Virus record (IMG/VR): IMGVR_UViG_3300050196_000225 | Coordinates: 1-64,000 of that record | Strand: one strand, 5' to 3' | Source: a virus | Length of the DNA: 64,000 nt | Shown here: one piece after another, positions 8,559-16,473 of the stretch | Layout: every line of letters starts with the position of its first letter | Position numbering within the stretch: position 1 is the stretch's first letter | Program-made: the position numbers and the translations under genes | The notes under the pieces: model-generated | Databases searched by the model: none | Told to the model about the DNA's origin: nothing | The model's input: only the letters and a program-made list of their open reading frames with translations

Positions 8559-8932
8559 TCCACCGACATGCTGTTGTTGATCACGGTCCACCAGGCGCAG
8601 GCCTTGGGGTTGTCCTGCCAGAACATGCACAGGCCATTGGCGCCTTTGAGCACGAACTCTTCCTCGACGGCATGGGGGTCCAAAGGCTCGTCGTATTTCA
8701 GAAAGTTGCCGGTGGCCATGAAGAAGTGCAGCGCGTGCATCACTTCGTGGATGAAGGTGTTGGCCAGGTTGCGAGGCGTCATGCCGGGGCGCAGGCGGAT
8801 TTTTTGGTTGGAGGGTTGCATGTGACCGAAGGCGCGATCGGTTTCGGCGTCTTCGAAGTCCTGGACCTCGACGCGGAACTCGTAGCAGCCGATGCGCAGT
8901 GTGGTGGGCATGCCCTTGTATGGATTGCTCAT
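8555..8932 (-). CDS. HExxH zinc-metallopeptidase-like protein
   Basis: 125 aa with TFIHEVMHALHF (HExxH). It overlaps the ParB-like gene's stop. Confidence 0.55.
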   Translation of the reverse strand: MSNPYKGMPTTLRIGCYEFRVEVQDFEDAETDRAFGHMQPSNQKIRLRPGMTPRNLANTFIHEVMHALHFFMATGNFLKYDEPLDPHAVEEEFVLKGANGLCMFWQDNPKACAWWTVINNSMSVE

Positions 8933-9609
8933 TTGTGACTTACCTCTCGGGCCGAAGCCGTGGTTGTGATGCGTCGAGCGAACTCGACAAATGCTTCGGC
9001 ACCGGTTTGGCCCGTCAGCTCTTCGGCGTGCGCCATCAGACGCGCGACGTGCCGCTCATCCTTGCCCTGGATGTCCTTGAAGCCCAGAGCGGCCTGGATC
9101 TTCACGGGCCGCTCGTCGGTCTGCTTGATCTTTTCCTGCGTCTCCAGCGCCTGCTGGTCAACGGCGGCATCCAAGTCGTCCACGAAGGCGTCCAACTTCA
9201 TCTCGCTCAGGTCGGCGCTCATGAAGTCCAGCTCCTTCTTGTCGAAGATGCCAGAGAGGTCGAACTCCAAGCTGGCCAGCTCCTTTTGCAGCAGCTCGCT
9301 GTCGATGTCGGAGATGGCCACGCGGTTGTCGGCCAGGCGCGCGGCACGCACCTGCTCAGGCGTCAGATCGTCGCGCACCACCACCGGCACGGACGTGAAG
9401 CCCAGCTTGATGGCAGCCAGGCGCCGGCCGTGCCCCTTGATGACCACGCCGGCAGCATCGACCACGATCGGCTGGTCCCAGCCAAACTCTGTGATGGACT
9501 GACAGATCTTTTCGATCTGCTTGTCGTCGTGGACTTTTGAGTTCAGCTCGTAGGGCGTGACGCGGTCAAGCGGCCACAGAACGACGGTTGGTTTCTTGGG
9601 GTTGCTCAC
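8929..9609 (-). CDS. ParB/sulfiredoxin-domain protein 1
   Basis: ParB N-terminal-domain pattern: LDRVTPYELNSKVH, then PIVVDAAGVVIKGHGRRLAAIKLG. I prefer the GTG 9609 start (GTGA overlap). The track start is GTG 9633. Confidence 0.7.
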   Translation of the reverse strand: MSNPKKPTVVLWPLDRVTPYELNSKVHDDKQIEKICQSITEFGWDQPIVVDAAGVVIKGHGRRLAAIKLGFTSVPVVVRDDLTPEQVRAARLADNRVAISDIDSELLQKELASLEFDLSGIFDKKELDFMSADLSEMKLDAFVDDLDAAVDQQALETQEKIKQTDERPVKIQAALGFKDIQGKDERHVARLMAHAEELTGQTGAEAFVEFARRITTTASAREVSHK

Positions 9610-9764
9610 TGCTCTTCCTTTGCCACCACGCACAGCACGGTAGCCAGCGAGTGCGCCGTGCGCACCATCTGGATGGCCTGGTCGTAAGTTTCGACGTTGA
9701 CGACCTCAAACGAAATCAAATCGCCGTTGTGGTCTTTGGCGTAAGCCATTGTTTTCTTGATCAT
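9606..9764 (-). CDS. hypothetical small protein (52 aa)
   Basis: Hand-translated as MIKKTMAYAKDHNGDLISFEVVNVETYDQAIQMVRTAHSLATVLCVVAKEEQ. Its start and stop overlap the neighbouring genes (TGATG and GTGA). Confidence 0.4.
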   Translation of the reverse strand: MIKKTMAYAKDHNGDLISFEVVNVETYDQAIQMVRTAHSLATVLCVVAKEEQ

Positions 9765-9937
9765 CAGATGTCCCGCACAAACGTGACGATGTCTGCGGCA
9801 TCGTCGTCAAATTCAGAATCCGTTATTTCTTCGGCTTCAAAATTGCTGCCCTTTTTGCAGCCAATACATTGAAATTGGTCAAACTTGGCGTTGATGCAGC
9901 CGTCGCACTCTGGAAACTGGTTCTTGGGCAGCGACAT
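9764..9937 (-). CDS. Cys-rich small protein (57 aa)
   Basis: Hand-translated as MSLPKNQFPECDGCINAKFDQFQCIGCKKGSNFEAEEITDSEFDDDAADIVTFVRDI. It has a CxxC...CxxC pattern and an acidic tail. Confidence 0.45.
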   Translation of the reverse strand: MSLPKNQFPECDGCINAKFDQFQCIGCKKGSNFEAEEITDSEFDDDAADIVTFVRDI

Positions 9938-9939
9938 AT

Positions 9940-10587
9940 TTATTCTTGGCTCGCCTTGAGCAAGTAAACCAGGGCGTCACCCGCGTTGGTCAGGCTGTCG
10001 GACTCAGTGAATTTCTGCACCTTCATCGTTTTCTCGATCAAGGCAGTCACGTCGTCAATATCCTCGACCGGCACTTTGAATCGCATGATTTGGTGGGTCT
10101 GCGACGGCTTTTCCTTGGGAGAGGTTGTGGCGGTATCGTCCACATCGGGCAAATCCAAATCATCGAGGGCTATATTCACCGAAGAGAAGATTGACGCAAT
10201 ATCACCTTCGGAGTAAGGCATGAAGCTGGCCAATTCATCGGCACTGCCTAAACTGTCCAGCAGTTCGGCCAATTGCAGCGTGTTGTCGGCGCCATACCGG
10301 CCGTTGTCCACCAGGCCAATTTCTTTGGCCTTGGCGTCGTCGATCTTGCCCAGGTTGATCACCGGGATCTTGGCCAGCTTCAAGCGCACGGCCGCTGCCG
10401 CGCGGTGCTCGCCACCAATGATCTGCAGCGAGCCGTCAGCCAGCTCACGCGCGACGACTGGCTTGAACATACCCAGGCGACGGATCGACTGGTCCAGCTT
10501 GGCCTCGTTGTCTGGAGACACCACGTTGGTGTTCCAGGGGTTTGGCTTCAGCGACGCTGGGTCGGCCAGGATGGGGGTTGGTGACAT
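9940..10587 (-). CDS. ParB/sulfiredoxin-domain protein 2
   Basis: LKPNPWNTNVV, then PVVARELADGSLQIIGGEHRAAAAVRLKL (GxxR motif). First gene of the minus-strand operon. Confidence 0.7.
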   Translation of the reverse strand: MSPTPILADPASLKPNPWNTNVVSPDNEAKLDQSIRRLGMFKPVVARELADGSLQIIGGEHRAAAAVRLKLAKIPVINLGKIDDAKAKEIGLVDNGRYGADNTLQLAELLDSLGSADELASFMPYSEGDIASIFSSVNIALDDLDLPDVDDTATTSPKEKPSQTHQIMRFKVPVEDIDDVTALIEKTMKVQKFTESDSLTNAGDALVYLLKASQE

Positions 10588-10604
10588 CTTATATGGCTTG
10601 GCAT

Positions 10605-10622
10605 TAAGTCAGTTCTGACTTA
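10605..10622. promoter_or_regulatory. Perfect TAAGTCA-N4-TGACTTA palindrome in the divergent control region
   Basis: taagtcagttctgactta, between the ParB-2 start (10587) and the helicase start (10690). It is followed on the plus strand by CACTGT, giving TGACTTACACT as at the portal copy. Confidence 0.6.
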
Positions 10623-10689
10623 CACTGTGCCACAAGAAAACAACCAAGGCAAGAGCCATGCAAAAAAATTCTACATCACAGGAGCGCAC

Positions 10690-12396
10690 ATGACCGAAGT
10701 CGTCACGATCGCGGCCAATGCCGTGGTTGCCAAACTCCACGAGGCGTCGCGAGAGGTCAAGCTGGAGGTGCAGCGGGTGCTGTCCTACATGGTCGAGGGC
10801 GCCGAGCACTCCACCGCCTTCAAGCAACACAAGTGGGATGGCCGCTCCTCGTTCCTGGAGTTCAAGCCTGGCACTTTTCCGGCCGGCTTCGTTCACTTCG
10901 TCAGCGCCAGCCTGCGCCGCAAGGGTTACGAGGTGCGTCTGGTGCGCAAGCCCTTCCCAGAGCCTCTTGGCCCCGAGAACCCCAAGATTGACGCCTTCCC
11001 CGACGACCCGCGCTACGACTACCAGCCTGAAGTTGTGCGCCGTCTCGTCAAGCACGGTCAGATCATTGCCCAGGTGGCCACCGGTGGCGGCAAGAGCCGC
11101 ATCGCTCGCCTGGCCTACGCCCGCATCAACCGCCCTACCCTGTTTCTGACTACCCGCTCCATCCTGATGTATCAGATGAAGGAGACGTTTGAGAAGGACT
11201 TGGGCGTGCCCTGCTCGGTGCTCGGCGACGGCCAGTTCGGACACGTTAACGACCAGGGCCAGCAGTGCATCAAGAAGATGAGTGTCGGCATGGTCCAGAC
11301 CCTCGTCAGCCGCCTGGAAGAGACGACCCCTGAGCGCGAGTTCGAAGTCCTCTACGCGGCCGCGGACAAGAAGATGGACCAGGAGATCGCCGTCGAAAGC
11401 GACTTCGTCAAGACCCTGCCTGACGCGAAGCAGCGGGTCAAGAAGAAGATCGAGGAATGCCAAGCCAAGCTCAAGAAGCTGGCCCCTCAGCTCAAGGCCA
11501 AAGCTCTGGCCAAGTTCAACGAGAAGACGGCGATCCGAAACCAGACGATCAGCCTGCTTGGCAAGTTCGAGTTCGTGATCCTGGAAGAGGCTCACGAAGC
11601 AAGTGGCAACAGCTACTACGAGATCCTGCGCCACTGCAAGAACGCTCACTACCGTCTGGCGCTGACGGGCACCCCGTTCATGAAGGACTCGGAAGAGTCG
11701 AACATGCGCCTGATGGCCTGCTCTGGCCCGATCGCGATCAAGGTGTCCGAGAAGCTGCTGATCGACCGCGGCATCCTGGCCACGCCCAAGTTCAAGATCA
11801 TCGACCTCAAGAAGTGCCCGGCCAAACTCAACCGCACGACGGCCTGGCAGGCGGCTTACCGCCTGGGCATCGTCGGCAACGAGGAGCGCAACCAGGCCAT
11901 CGTCGCCGAGGTGCTGCGCGCGAGCCGCTACGGCCTGTCGTCAATGGTGCTGATCCAGCAAAAGGCCCACGGGCACGAGCTGGAAGCCCTGCTGCAGAGC
12001 AAGGGCGTGCGGGTTCGCTTCATTCAGGGCGAGAACGATCAAGACGAGCGCAAGCGAGCCCTCAGCGCGCTGGCCAACGGCGAGATCGACGCCCTGATCG
12101 GCACCACCATCCTGGACGTCGGCGTTGACGTGCCTGCGGTCGGCCTGATCGCACTGGCGGGCGGGGGCAAGGCAGAGGTTGCCCTGCGTCAGCGCATCGG
12201 GCGCGGTCTGCGCGCCAAGAAGCGTGGCCCCAACGTCGCCCTGGTCGTGGACTTCAGCGACCCCTTCAACAGCCACACGAAGAAGCACGCTCAGCAGCGC
12301 GCCTCGATCATCAAGGACACCGAAGGCTTCGGCGAGAACATCGTCTCGGGCGACTTCGACTTCGAAGCCCTGGGCTTCGAAAGAAAAGCAGCATGA
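10690..12396 (+). CDS. SF2 DEAD/DEAH-box DNA helicase
   Basis: Motif I ATGGGKS, motif II ILEEAH and motif VI QRIGRGLR. Start set at ATG 10690 (GGAG RBS). The track ORF begins at 10627. Confidence 0.85.
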   Translation: MTEVVTIAANAVVAKLHEASREVKLEVQRVLSYMVEGAEHSTAFKQHKWDGRSSFLEFKPGTFPAGFVHFVSASLRRKGYEVRLVRKPFPEPLGPENPKIDAFPDDPRYDYQPEVVRRLVKHGQIIAQVATGGGKSRIARLAYARINRPTLFLTTRSILMYQMKETFEKDLGVPCSVLGDGQFGHVNDQGQQCIKKMSVGMVQTLVSRLEETTPEREFEVLYAAADKKMDQEIAVESDFVKTLPDAKQRVKKKIEECQAKLKKLAPQLKAKALAKFNEKTAIRNQTISLLGKFEFVILEEAHEASGNSYYEILRHCKNAHYRLALTGTPFMKDSEESNMRLMACSGPIAIKVSEKLLIDRGILATPKFKIIDLKKCPAKLNRTTAWQAAYRLGIVGNEERNQAIVAEVLRASRYGLSSMVLIQQKAHGHELEALLQSKGVRVRFIQGENDQDERKRALSALANGEIDALIGTTILDVGVDVPAVGLIALAGGGKAEVALRQRIGRGLRAKKRGPNVALVVDFSDPFNSHTKKHAQQRASIIKDTEGFGENIVSGDFDFEALGFERKAA

Positions 12397-12569
12397 GCGC
12401 CGGCGACGTCTGGGTGACCAGCCACGCCGAGTGCTTGACCTGCGGGCACATTTGGATCGCCGTTCACCCGCTGAACGCCGACGACCTGGAGTGCCCGCAG
12501 TGCGGGTCCACGGACACGGTTCGCGAGAACACAGTGGAGATTGACGACGATGAGGACAATGACATTTAG
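12393..12569 (+). CDS. zinc-ribbon small protein (58 aa)
   Basis: ATGA overlap with the helicase stop. CLTCGH...CPQCGS and an acidic C-terminus. Confidence 0.55.
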   Translation: MSAGDVWVTSHAECLTCGHIWIAVHPLNADDLECPQCGSTDTVRENTVEIDDDEDNDI

Positions 12570-12576
12570 TGTGTTG

Positions 12577-12587
12577 TTGACTATACT
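12577..12587 (+). promoter_or_regulatory. Plus-strand copy of the TGACTATACT half-element
   Basis: ttgactatact, 34 nt upstream of ATG 12621. Its orientation matches the plus-strand genes. Confidence 0.4.
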
Positions 12588-12620
12588 GCACACATCTATC
12601 AACCTCACAATGGGCACAAC

Positions 12621-12944
12621 ATGAGCAAATCACGCCAAGATCAGGACCAGTCGGCCGAGTTTTACGCCAGCCGTGGCCAGTCCCGCTACATGATCATCAC
12701 CAAACTGGAAGTCAAGGATCGCCTGAAAGAGATCGGCAAGCGCTACGGCATCTCTCAAGGCGACGTGGTCGACGTCCTGGTCGAAAACACGAACTTCGAC
12801 AGCCTGGTCGAGCAGATGGAAGACAAGCGCTCGGTGCGCCTTGCCATCGATGGGCGCGTCAAGACCGACCTGGCCAAGCGCATCAGTCTGCTGAGCCCTG
12901 AGAAGCAAGCCGAGATCGAGCGCATCCTGACAGAGGCAGCGTGA
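12621..12944 (+). CDS. hypothetical protein
   Basis: 107-aa ORF. GTGA overlap with the next gene. Confidence 0.6.
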   Translation: MSKSRQDQDQSAEFYASRGQSRYMIITKLEVKDRLKEIGKRYGISQGDVVDVLVENTNFDSLVEQMEDKRSVRLAIDGRVKTDLAKRISLLSPEKQAEIERILTEAA

Positions 12945-13144
12945 CCTTCGCCGACACCCATTCGGAATACCTGTGGCTGCGGGCGCAGCTCGGGTATGAG
13001 CCAGGCGGCATCGTCAAGGAGGTATGGGACGGGTGTGACGCTGAAAGCCAGCAAAACATGCTTGAGCAGTTCAGGGCACCGCTGCGCGCAATCCAGGCCA
13101 GGGAAGCCGTCTATGCCAAGATTCGTCAAGGAGACGCCTGGTGA
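12941..13144 (+). CDS. hypothetical protein (ends ...QGDAW)
   Basis: 67 aa with GTG starts and GTGA overlaps on both sides. Confidence 0.5.
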   Translation: MTFADTHSEYLWLRAQLGYEPGGIVKEVWDGCDAESQQNMLEQFRAPLRAIQAREAVYAKIRQGDAW

Positions 13145-13539
13145 AGGTCTGTGTCACGGGCGGGCGCGAGTATGGGGACAGGGCACACGTCTACCGCATT
13201 CTCGACGCCGTGCATCGGAAGAGGCCCATCACGCTACTGCTGGAAGGTGGCGCCGCAGGCGCCGACCGACTGGCGCGGGATTGGGCGATTTCCAGAGGTG
13301 TGGATTTCCAGACCTTCGAGGCGAATTGGGCGCTCTATCTTGGTCGCGCTGGCAACATCAGGAACTCGCGCATGCTGCGGGAGGGTCGCCCTGCTTTGGT
13401 AGTCGCGTTCCCTGGTGGCTCTGGCACTCGGGACATGACGGTCAAGACGGTTCGAGCTGGCATTCCAATGCTTCCAGCTTCCAAGTTCCAACTTCCATCC
13501 TCCAGCCTGGCTGACGCTGGGCGTCTTTCCAATGTATAA
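13141..13539 (+). CDS. SLOG-fold protein (DUF2493/YspA-like)
   Basis: VCVTGGREYGD...LLLEGGAAGADRLARDWA...FEANW...AGNIRNSRML...VVAFPGGSGTRDM matches the DUF2493 pattern. Confidence 0.7.
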   Translation: MKVCVTGGREYGDRAHVYRILDAVHRKRPITLLLEGGAAGADRLARDWAISRGVDFQTFEANWALYLGRAGNIRNSRMLREGRPALVVAFPGGSGTRDMTVKTVRAGIPMLPASKFQLPSSSLADAGRLSNV

Positions 13540-13707
13540 GGACCACGTTTCCAAGCTCGGGGCCTGGCTGTCTAAGGACGGTATTGGAGAGGGTCGGAAC
13601 GAGGAAGGGAGGGCCTCCAGCCCTGTCGCGTTTTTCTAAGACTTCGCTATAACGCAAAGCATTCAACCCGCAGCATGTGATGCAATGCGGGTATGTAATG
13701 CTGTCTG

Positions 13708-14013
13708 TTATTCGAATCGCGTCAAGCGCTCAGTGATCAAGCGCACAAAGTGCGCTTGTGCTGACACTGCGTCATTAAGATAGATCGTTTGTTCGACTAT
13801 CACGCTTGCGTGCGATTCTTGACTTGCGCAGCTAAGATTGTAGCAACCCTCAGCGTCATATACGGTGACCGTGTTGTAATGGTTACTATCAGCGCAAGCG
13901 TTGTATGACACCATTTCAAAATGATGTTCTGCGATAACTGCAAAGCGACTGTCTTGCAATTCGCTGCAAGTGTCAAGCAAAGCGAGAATTTCGGGTGTTG
14001 ATTCTATAATCAT
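13708..14013 (-). CDS. hypothetical protein (AT-rich island)
   Basis: 101-aa ORF in a visibly AT-richer segment, with the promoter/leader element directly upstream. Confidence 0.55.
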   Translation of the reverse strand: MIIESTPEILALLDTCSELQDSRFAVIAEHHFEMVSYNACADSNHYNTVTVYDAEGCYNLSCASQESHASVIVEQTIYLNDAVSAQAHFVRLITERLTRFE

Positions 14014-14030
14014 TTTGCTTACCTTATTTA

Positions 14031-14051
14031 ATTCAATGATTGAATTATAGC
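14031..14051 (-). promoter_or_regulatory. -10 plus conserved-leader element
   Basis: The minus strand reads gcTATAATTCAATCATTGAAT. It belongs to the same family as the 12 copies at 15.9-29.8 kb. Confidence 0.45.
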
Positions 14052-14087
14052 ATTAATTCACGGGTGACTTAGCACCCGTGAATTAAT
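14052..14087. repeat. 15-bp perfect inverted repeat embedding the palindrome motif
   Basis: attaattcacgggtg / cacccgtgaattaat with loop acttag. It contains TCAcgggTGACTTA and lies between two genes. Confidence 0.7.
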
Positions 14088-14091
14088 ATTT

Positions 14092-14739
14092 TTATTCTGC
14101 TACGCTTTCTTGTTCTTCTTGTTCGTTTTCTTCTTGCGCTGCAAGTGCTGCAGCTGCTACAGCATCAGCAAATAAGGGTGCAAGAATCTTCTTCCCCTTT
14201 TCGTTCAAGGGAATAGAATCCCCCTTATGTGCTTTTTGAATGTCTGCGAGTTGCAAAACGCGCAACATTTCACGCGTGCTACTACGCTGCGTGCTAGCTG
14301 TAGATTCTGCTTTGCGCATGCGATACTTGATGACTTGCGCAGTGTCTTGTTCGGTGTATTCAATACCATTTGACAAGCAAACAAGGGCAGACTTAGCTAA
14401 CATGGTCCCGTCGTTATGAAAAGCGTTAGCGATGATAGTAACGCTATATTCATCAACCTTACTGAGCATGCGAACACCGATCGCATAAAGCATGTTGACA
14501 ATCTTAACGTTCGCTTTCACTGCGATGAAGTTTTCACCCTTGTTCAATGGGTTTTGCATTTTGCAGTATGCATCGATACAATCGAGCGAAAATCTCATAA
14601 GGGCTTTTTTGATCGCGACTTCACCTGACGCAAGGTGCTTCAATGTGATTTCGTTATCGCGTGAAGGTTGCGCAGCTTGACGCGCAGTCACTGCAGCGAA
14701 AATATTCTTGTATGCGGTCTGCGATTGTTCAACGTTCAT
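14092..14739 (-). CDS. hypothetical protein with an acidic tail (AT-rich island)
   Basis: 215 aa, ending AQEENEQEEQESVAE. The segment STASTQRSSTREMLRVLQLADI resembles GTCNAQAGQMMAMLPMLKIAV in the protein at 25308-26309. Confidence 0.6.
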   Translation of the reverse strand: MNVEQSQTAYKNIFAAVTARQAAQPSRDNEITLKHLASGEVAIKKALMRFSLDCIDAYCKMQNPLNKGENFIAVKANVKIVNMLYAIGVRMLSKVDEYSVTIIANAFHNDGTMLAKSALVCLSNGIEYTEQDTAQVIKYRMRKAESTASTQRSSTREMLRVLQLADIQKAHKGDSIPLNEKGKKILAPLFADAVAAAALAAQEENEQEEQESVAE

Positions 14740-14917
14740 GATGTGCTTTCAAGGTTAGCGGGTTAGGTTTGATGCGTTTTCAGCGCATGAGTTAATGTAA
14801 CCTGTTTTTGTGTGTTGTGCGCATTGTGTGCAAAAAAAAGATGATTATTTTTAGTTGACGTTGCAGAACAACACATTGTAAAGATGACACACGATGAAAA
14901 AGATTTGTGTTAGTCGC

Positions 14918-14931
14918 GCGCATGCATGCGC
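14918..14931. repeat. 14-bp perfect palindrome GCGCATGCATGCGC
   Basis: Read directly from the sequence, in the 490-bp non-coding stretch 14740-15228. Confidence 0.7.
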
Positions 14932-14952
14932 ATCGCGCGTTTTAGTCACCAT

Positions 14953-15031
14953 ACGCAATGCGTTAAACGATGAGCTTTAAGCGCAATGCTTTAAGCGCAA
15001 TGCGTTGAGCACAACGCGTTGAGCGCAGAAC
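14953..15031. repeat. Iteron-like array of 14-bp tandem units
   Basis: tttaagcgcaatgc x2 (14976-15003), then gttgagcacaacgc and gttgagcgcagaac (15004-15031). Related units precede it (acgcaatgc gttaaacgatgagc). Confidence 0.6.
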
Positions 15032-15228
15032 GTGATGCGTTCAGGCGCAGCGAGACAGAAATCCCGCCCAGATAGGGGATGGCGATGGCGCCAGGATGGC
15101 CAAGGAACGCCTCAGCGCCCTTCAGGAGCGTCAAGGATCGATTTGCCTGTCAGGGCCAAGGACCGGTAAAACTTCCAAAAACAGGTCCGCCTGAGAGCTG
15201 TCAACTCTCCAGGTCAGACCCTTTCGGA

Positions 15229-15426
15229 TTACCAGTCCGCCTGGTTGCTCAGTCGTTGGCTGCGCCCTGCACGCATGGTTTGGCACTCGATGAGGTGTTC
15301 CAGCTCAGCTTGCTCCTGCATCGCCATGTAGTCCCGATGGCGCTCCAGCTCGATTTGTTGGCGCACAGTCATAGGCTGACCAAAGTCGGCGTCGATTGGC
15401 GTGGCGTGGATGGGTGCGAGGTTCAT
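15229..15426 (-). CDS. hypothetical protein (ends ...NQADW)
   Basis: 65-aa ORF on the minus strand. Confidence 0.45.
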   Translation of the reverse strand: MNLAPIHATPIDADFGQPMTVRQQIELERHRDYMAMQEQAELEHLIECQTMRAGRSQRLSNQADW

Positions 15427-15464
15427 GGCGTTGCTCTTGAAGTTGGCGAGGGTTGGAGGTGGGC

Positions 15465-15617
15465 TTACTTGGCGAAGCGCTCGGTGGCGAGAATCTGGAC
15501 TGCGTCTTCAATGGGCACATGGCGGTTACGCAGGTAGGCGGCCGCCCGTTGCGTTCCGAGCGTCTTCTTGATGGCGATGGCGCGGGGAACAAGGGCGGTG
15601 ATTTGCAGTGCGGTCAT
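15465..15617 (-). CDS. hypothetical small protein (50 aa)
   Basis: Hand-translated as MTALQITALVPRAIAIKKTLGTQRAAAYLRNRHVPIEDAVQILATERFAK. Possibly HTH-like. Confidence 0.35.
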   Translation of the reverse strand: MTALQITALVPRAIAIKKTLGTQRAAAYLRNRHVPIEDAVQILATERFAK

Positions 15618-15668
15618 GGTTGGCTTTCAGCTGAGTTGAGCGAGGTTTGGGTGAGGTGGATGACATTC

Positions 15669-15680
15669 GTCACCCGTGAC
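15669..15680. promoter_or_regulatory. Palindrome-family copy GTCAcccgTGAC
   Basis: The minus strand reads tatcaGTCAcgggTGACgaatgtc, about 50 nt upstream of ATG 15617. Confidence 0.4.
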
Positions 15681-15707
15681 TGATACCCGTAGGCATCAGA
15701 AAGGAGG

Positions 15708-15899
15708 TCAGACGGGCGCTTGGCAGTAGGTGACGGTGTCGACCGGACTGTCAGAGACAACCTTGAAGATCAGGCCCGTTGTGGGATCGTGGTAGATGTC
15801 AAACGGTGATGCGCTCGATTCTTTCCCGCTACCGATGAACTCACACCCGTGTGAGGACTTCAGGTCGGTGCTGTAGATGGGCTGCATGGTGGTCTTCAT
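15708..15899 (-). CDS. hypothetical small protein (63 aa)
   Basis: Start set at ATG 15899 (MKTTMQPIY...), directly after the conserved leader. The track ORF is longer, reaching 16118. Confidence 0.5.
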   Translation of the reverse strand: MKTTMQPIYSTDLKSSHGCEFIGSGKESSASPFDIYHDPTTGLIFKVVSDSPVDTVTYCQAPV

Positions 15900-15917
15900 G
15901 GTTGTTTCTCGGTTCGC

Positions 15918-15936
15918 TGTTGTCGATGAATGTATT
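15918..15936 (-). promoter_or_regulatory. -10 plus conserved-leader element
   Basis: The minus strand reads cacAATACATTCATCGACAACAgcgaaccgagaaacaaccATG. Confidence 0.5.
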
Positions 15937-16082
15937 GTGCGCACCCGACACAGGCATTGGTTTGGAGCTTGAGCGAGATCCTGGCCTGTTGAAGATTGCA
16001 GGCCGAGCCTTAAGCCTGTGTGCCTGGCCTGCGTGCCTGGCCTGGTCGTTGGCCTGCCTAGGCCCAGCCTGAGAGGGTGAGA

Positions 16083-16100
16083 GAAGGGCCTGCGCCCTTC
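16083..16100 (-). terminator. Stem-loop after ORF 16115-16453 (weak terminator)
   Basis: GAAGGGC-N4-GCCCTTC. No clear U-tract. Confidence 0.3.
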
Positions 16101-16114
16101 CCTTTCCCGTTCTC

Positions 16115-16453
16115 TCACTGAGGTGTGAGCATGAGCATCGGGTAGGACGGGTTTTCGTCGGTGAACAGGTCACCGTAAAACTCAGCGTCATTCACGCTCA
16201 GGACAGAGTCGAGCACCTGCATGGACTTTGCGATCAGGTCGAAAGCGCCCGAACACTGATACAGGTCATGCGCTTGAACCTCGGTGAGCGCTTCGAGCTT
16301 GAACGATGCACCTTCAATCGGTTCAAACGCGCGATCAAGCGTCAAGCGGAAACGGTCGATACCGTCATCAGATGCGATCAAAAACACGTCTTTGTGTTCG
16401 GTTGCGCAGATACCTTGATCGCAAGCGCTGAAGAGGTGCAGAAAATAGTTCAT
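16115..16453 (-). CDS. hypothetical protein (112 aa)
   Basis: Start set at ATG 16453 (MNYFLHLFSACDQG...), after the conserved leader. Confidence 0.55.
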   Translation of the reverse strand: MNYFLHLFSACDQGICATEHKDVFLIASDDGIDRFRLTLDRAFEPIEGASFKLEALTEVQAHDLYQCSGAFDLIAKSMQVLDSVLSVNDAEFYGDLFTDENPSYPMLMLTPQ

Positions 16454-16473
16454 GGTTTTCTCGGTTCGTTGTC

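Noticed and set aside
13666-13692. Hairpin ACCCGCA-N13-TGCGGGT as the terminator of the plus-strand operon
   Set aside because: It has a 13-nt loop and no U-tract on either strand. It may still help with convergent termination, but the evidence is too weak to list it as a feature.
15079-15537. 152-aa plus-strand ORF in the AT-rich/early junction
   Set aside because: It overlaps two better-supported minus-strand ORFs (15229-15426 and 15465-15617). It has no RBS, and its Arg/Pro/Leu-rich composition is typical of an off-frame ORF.
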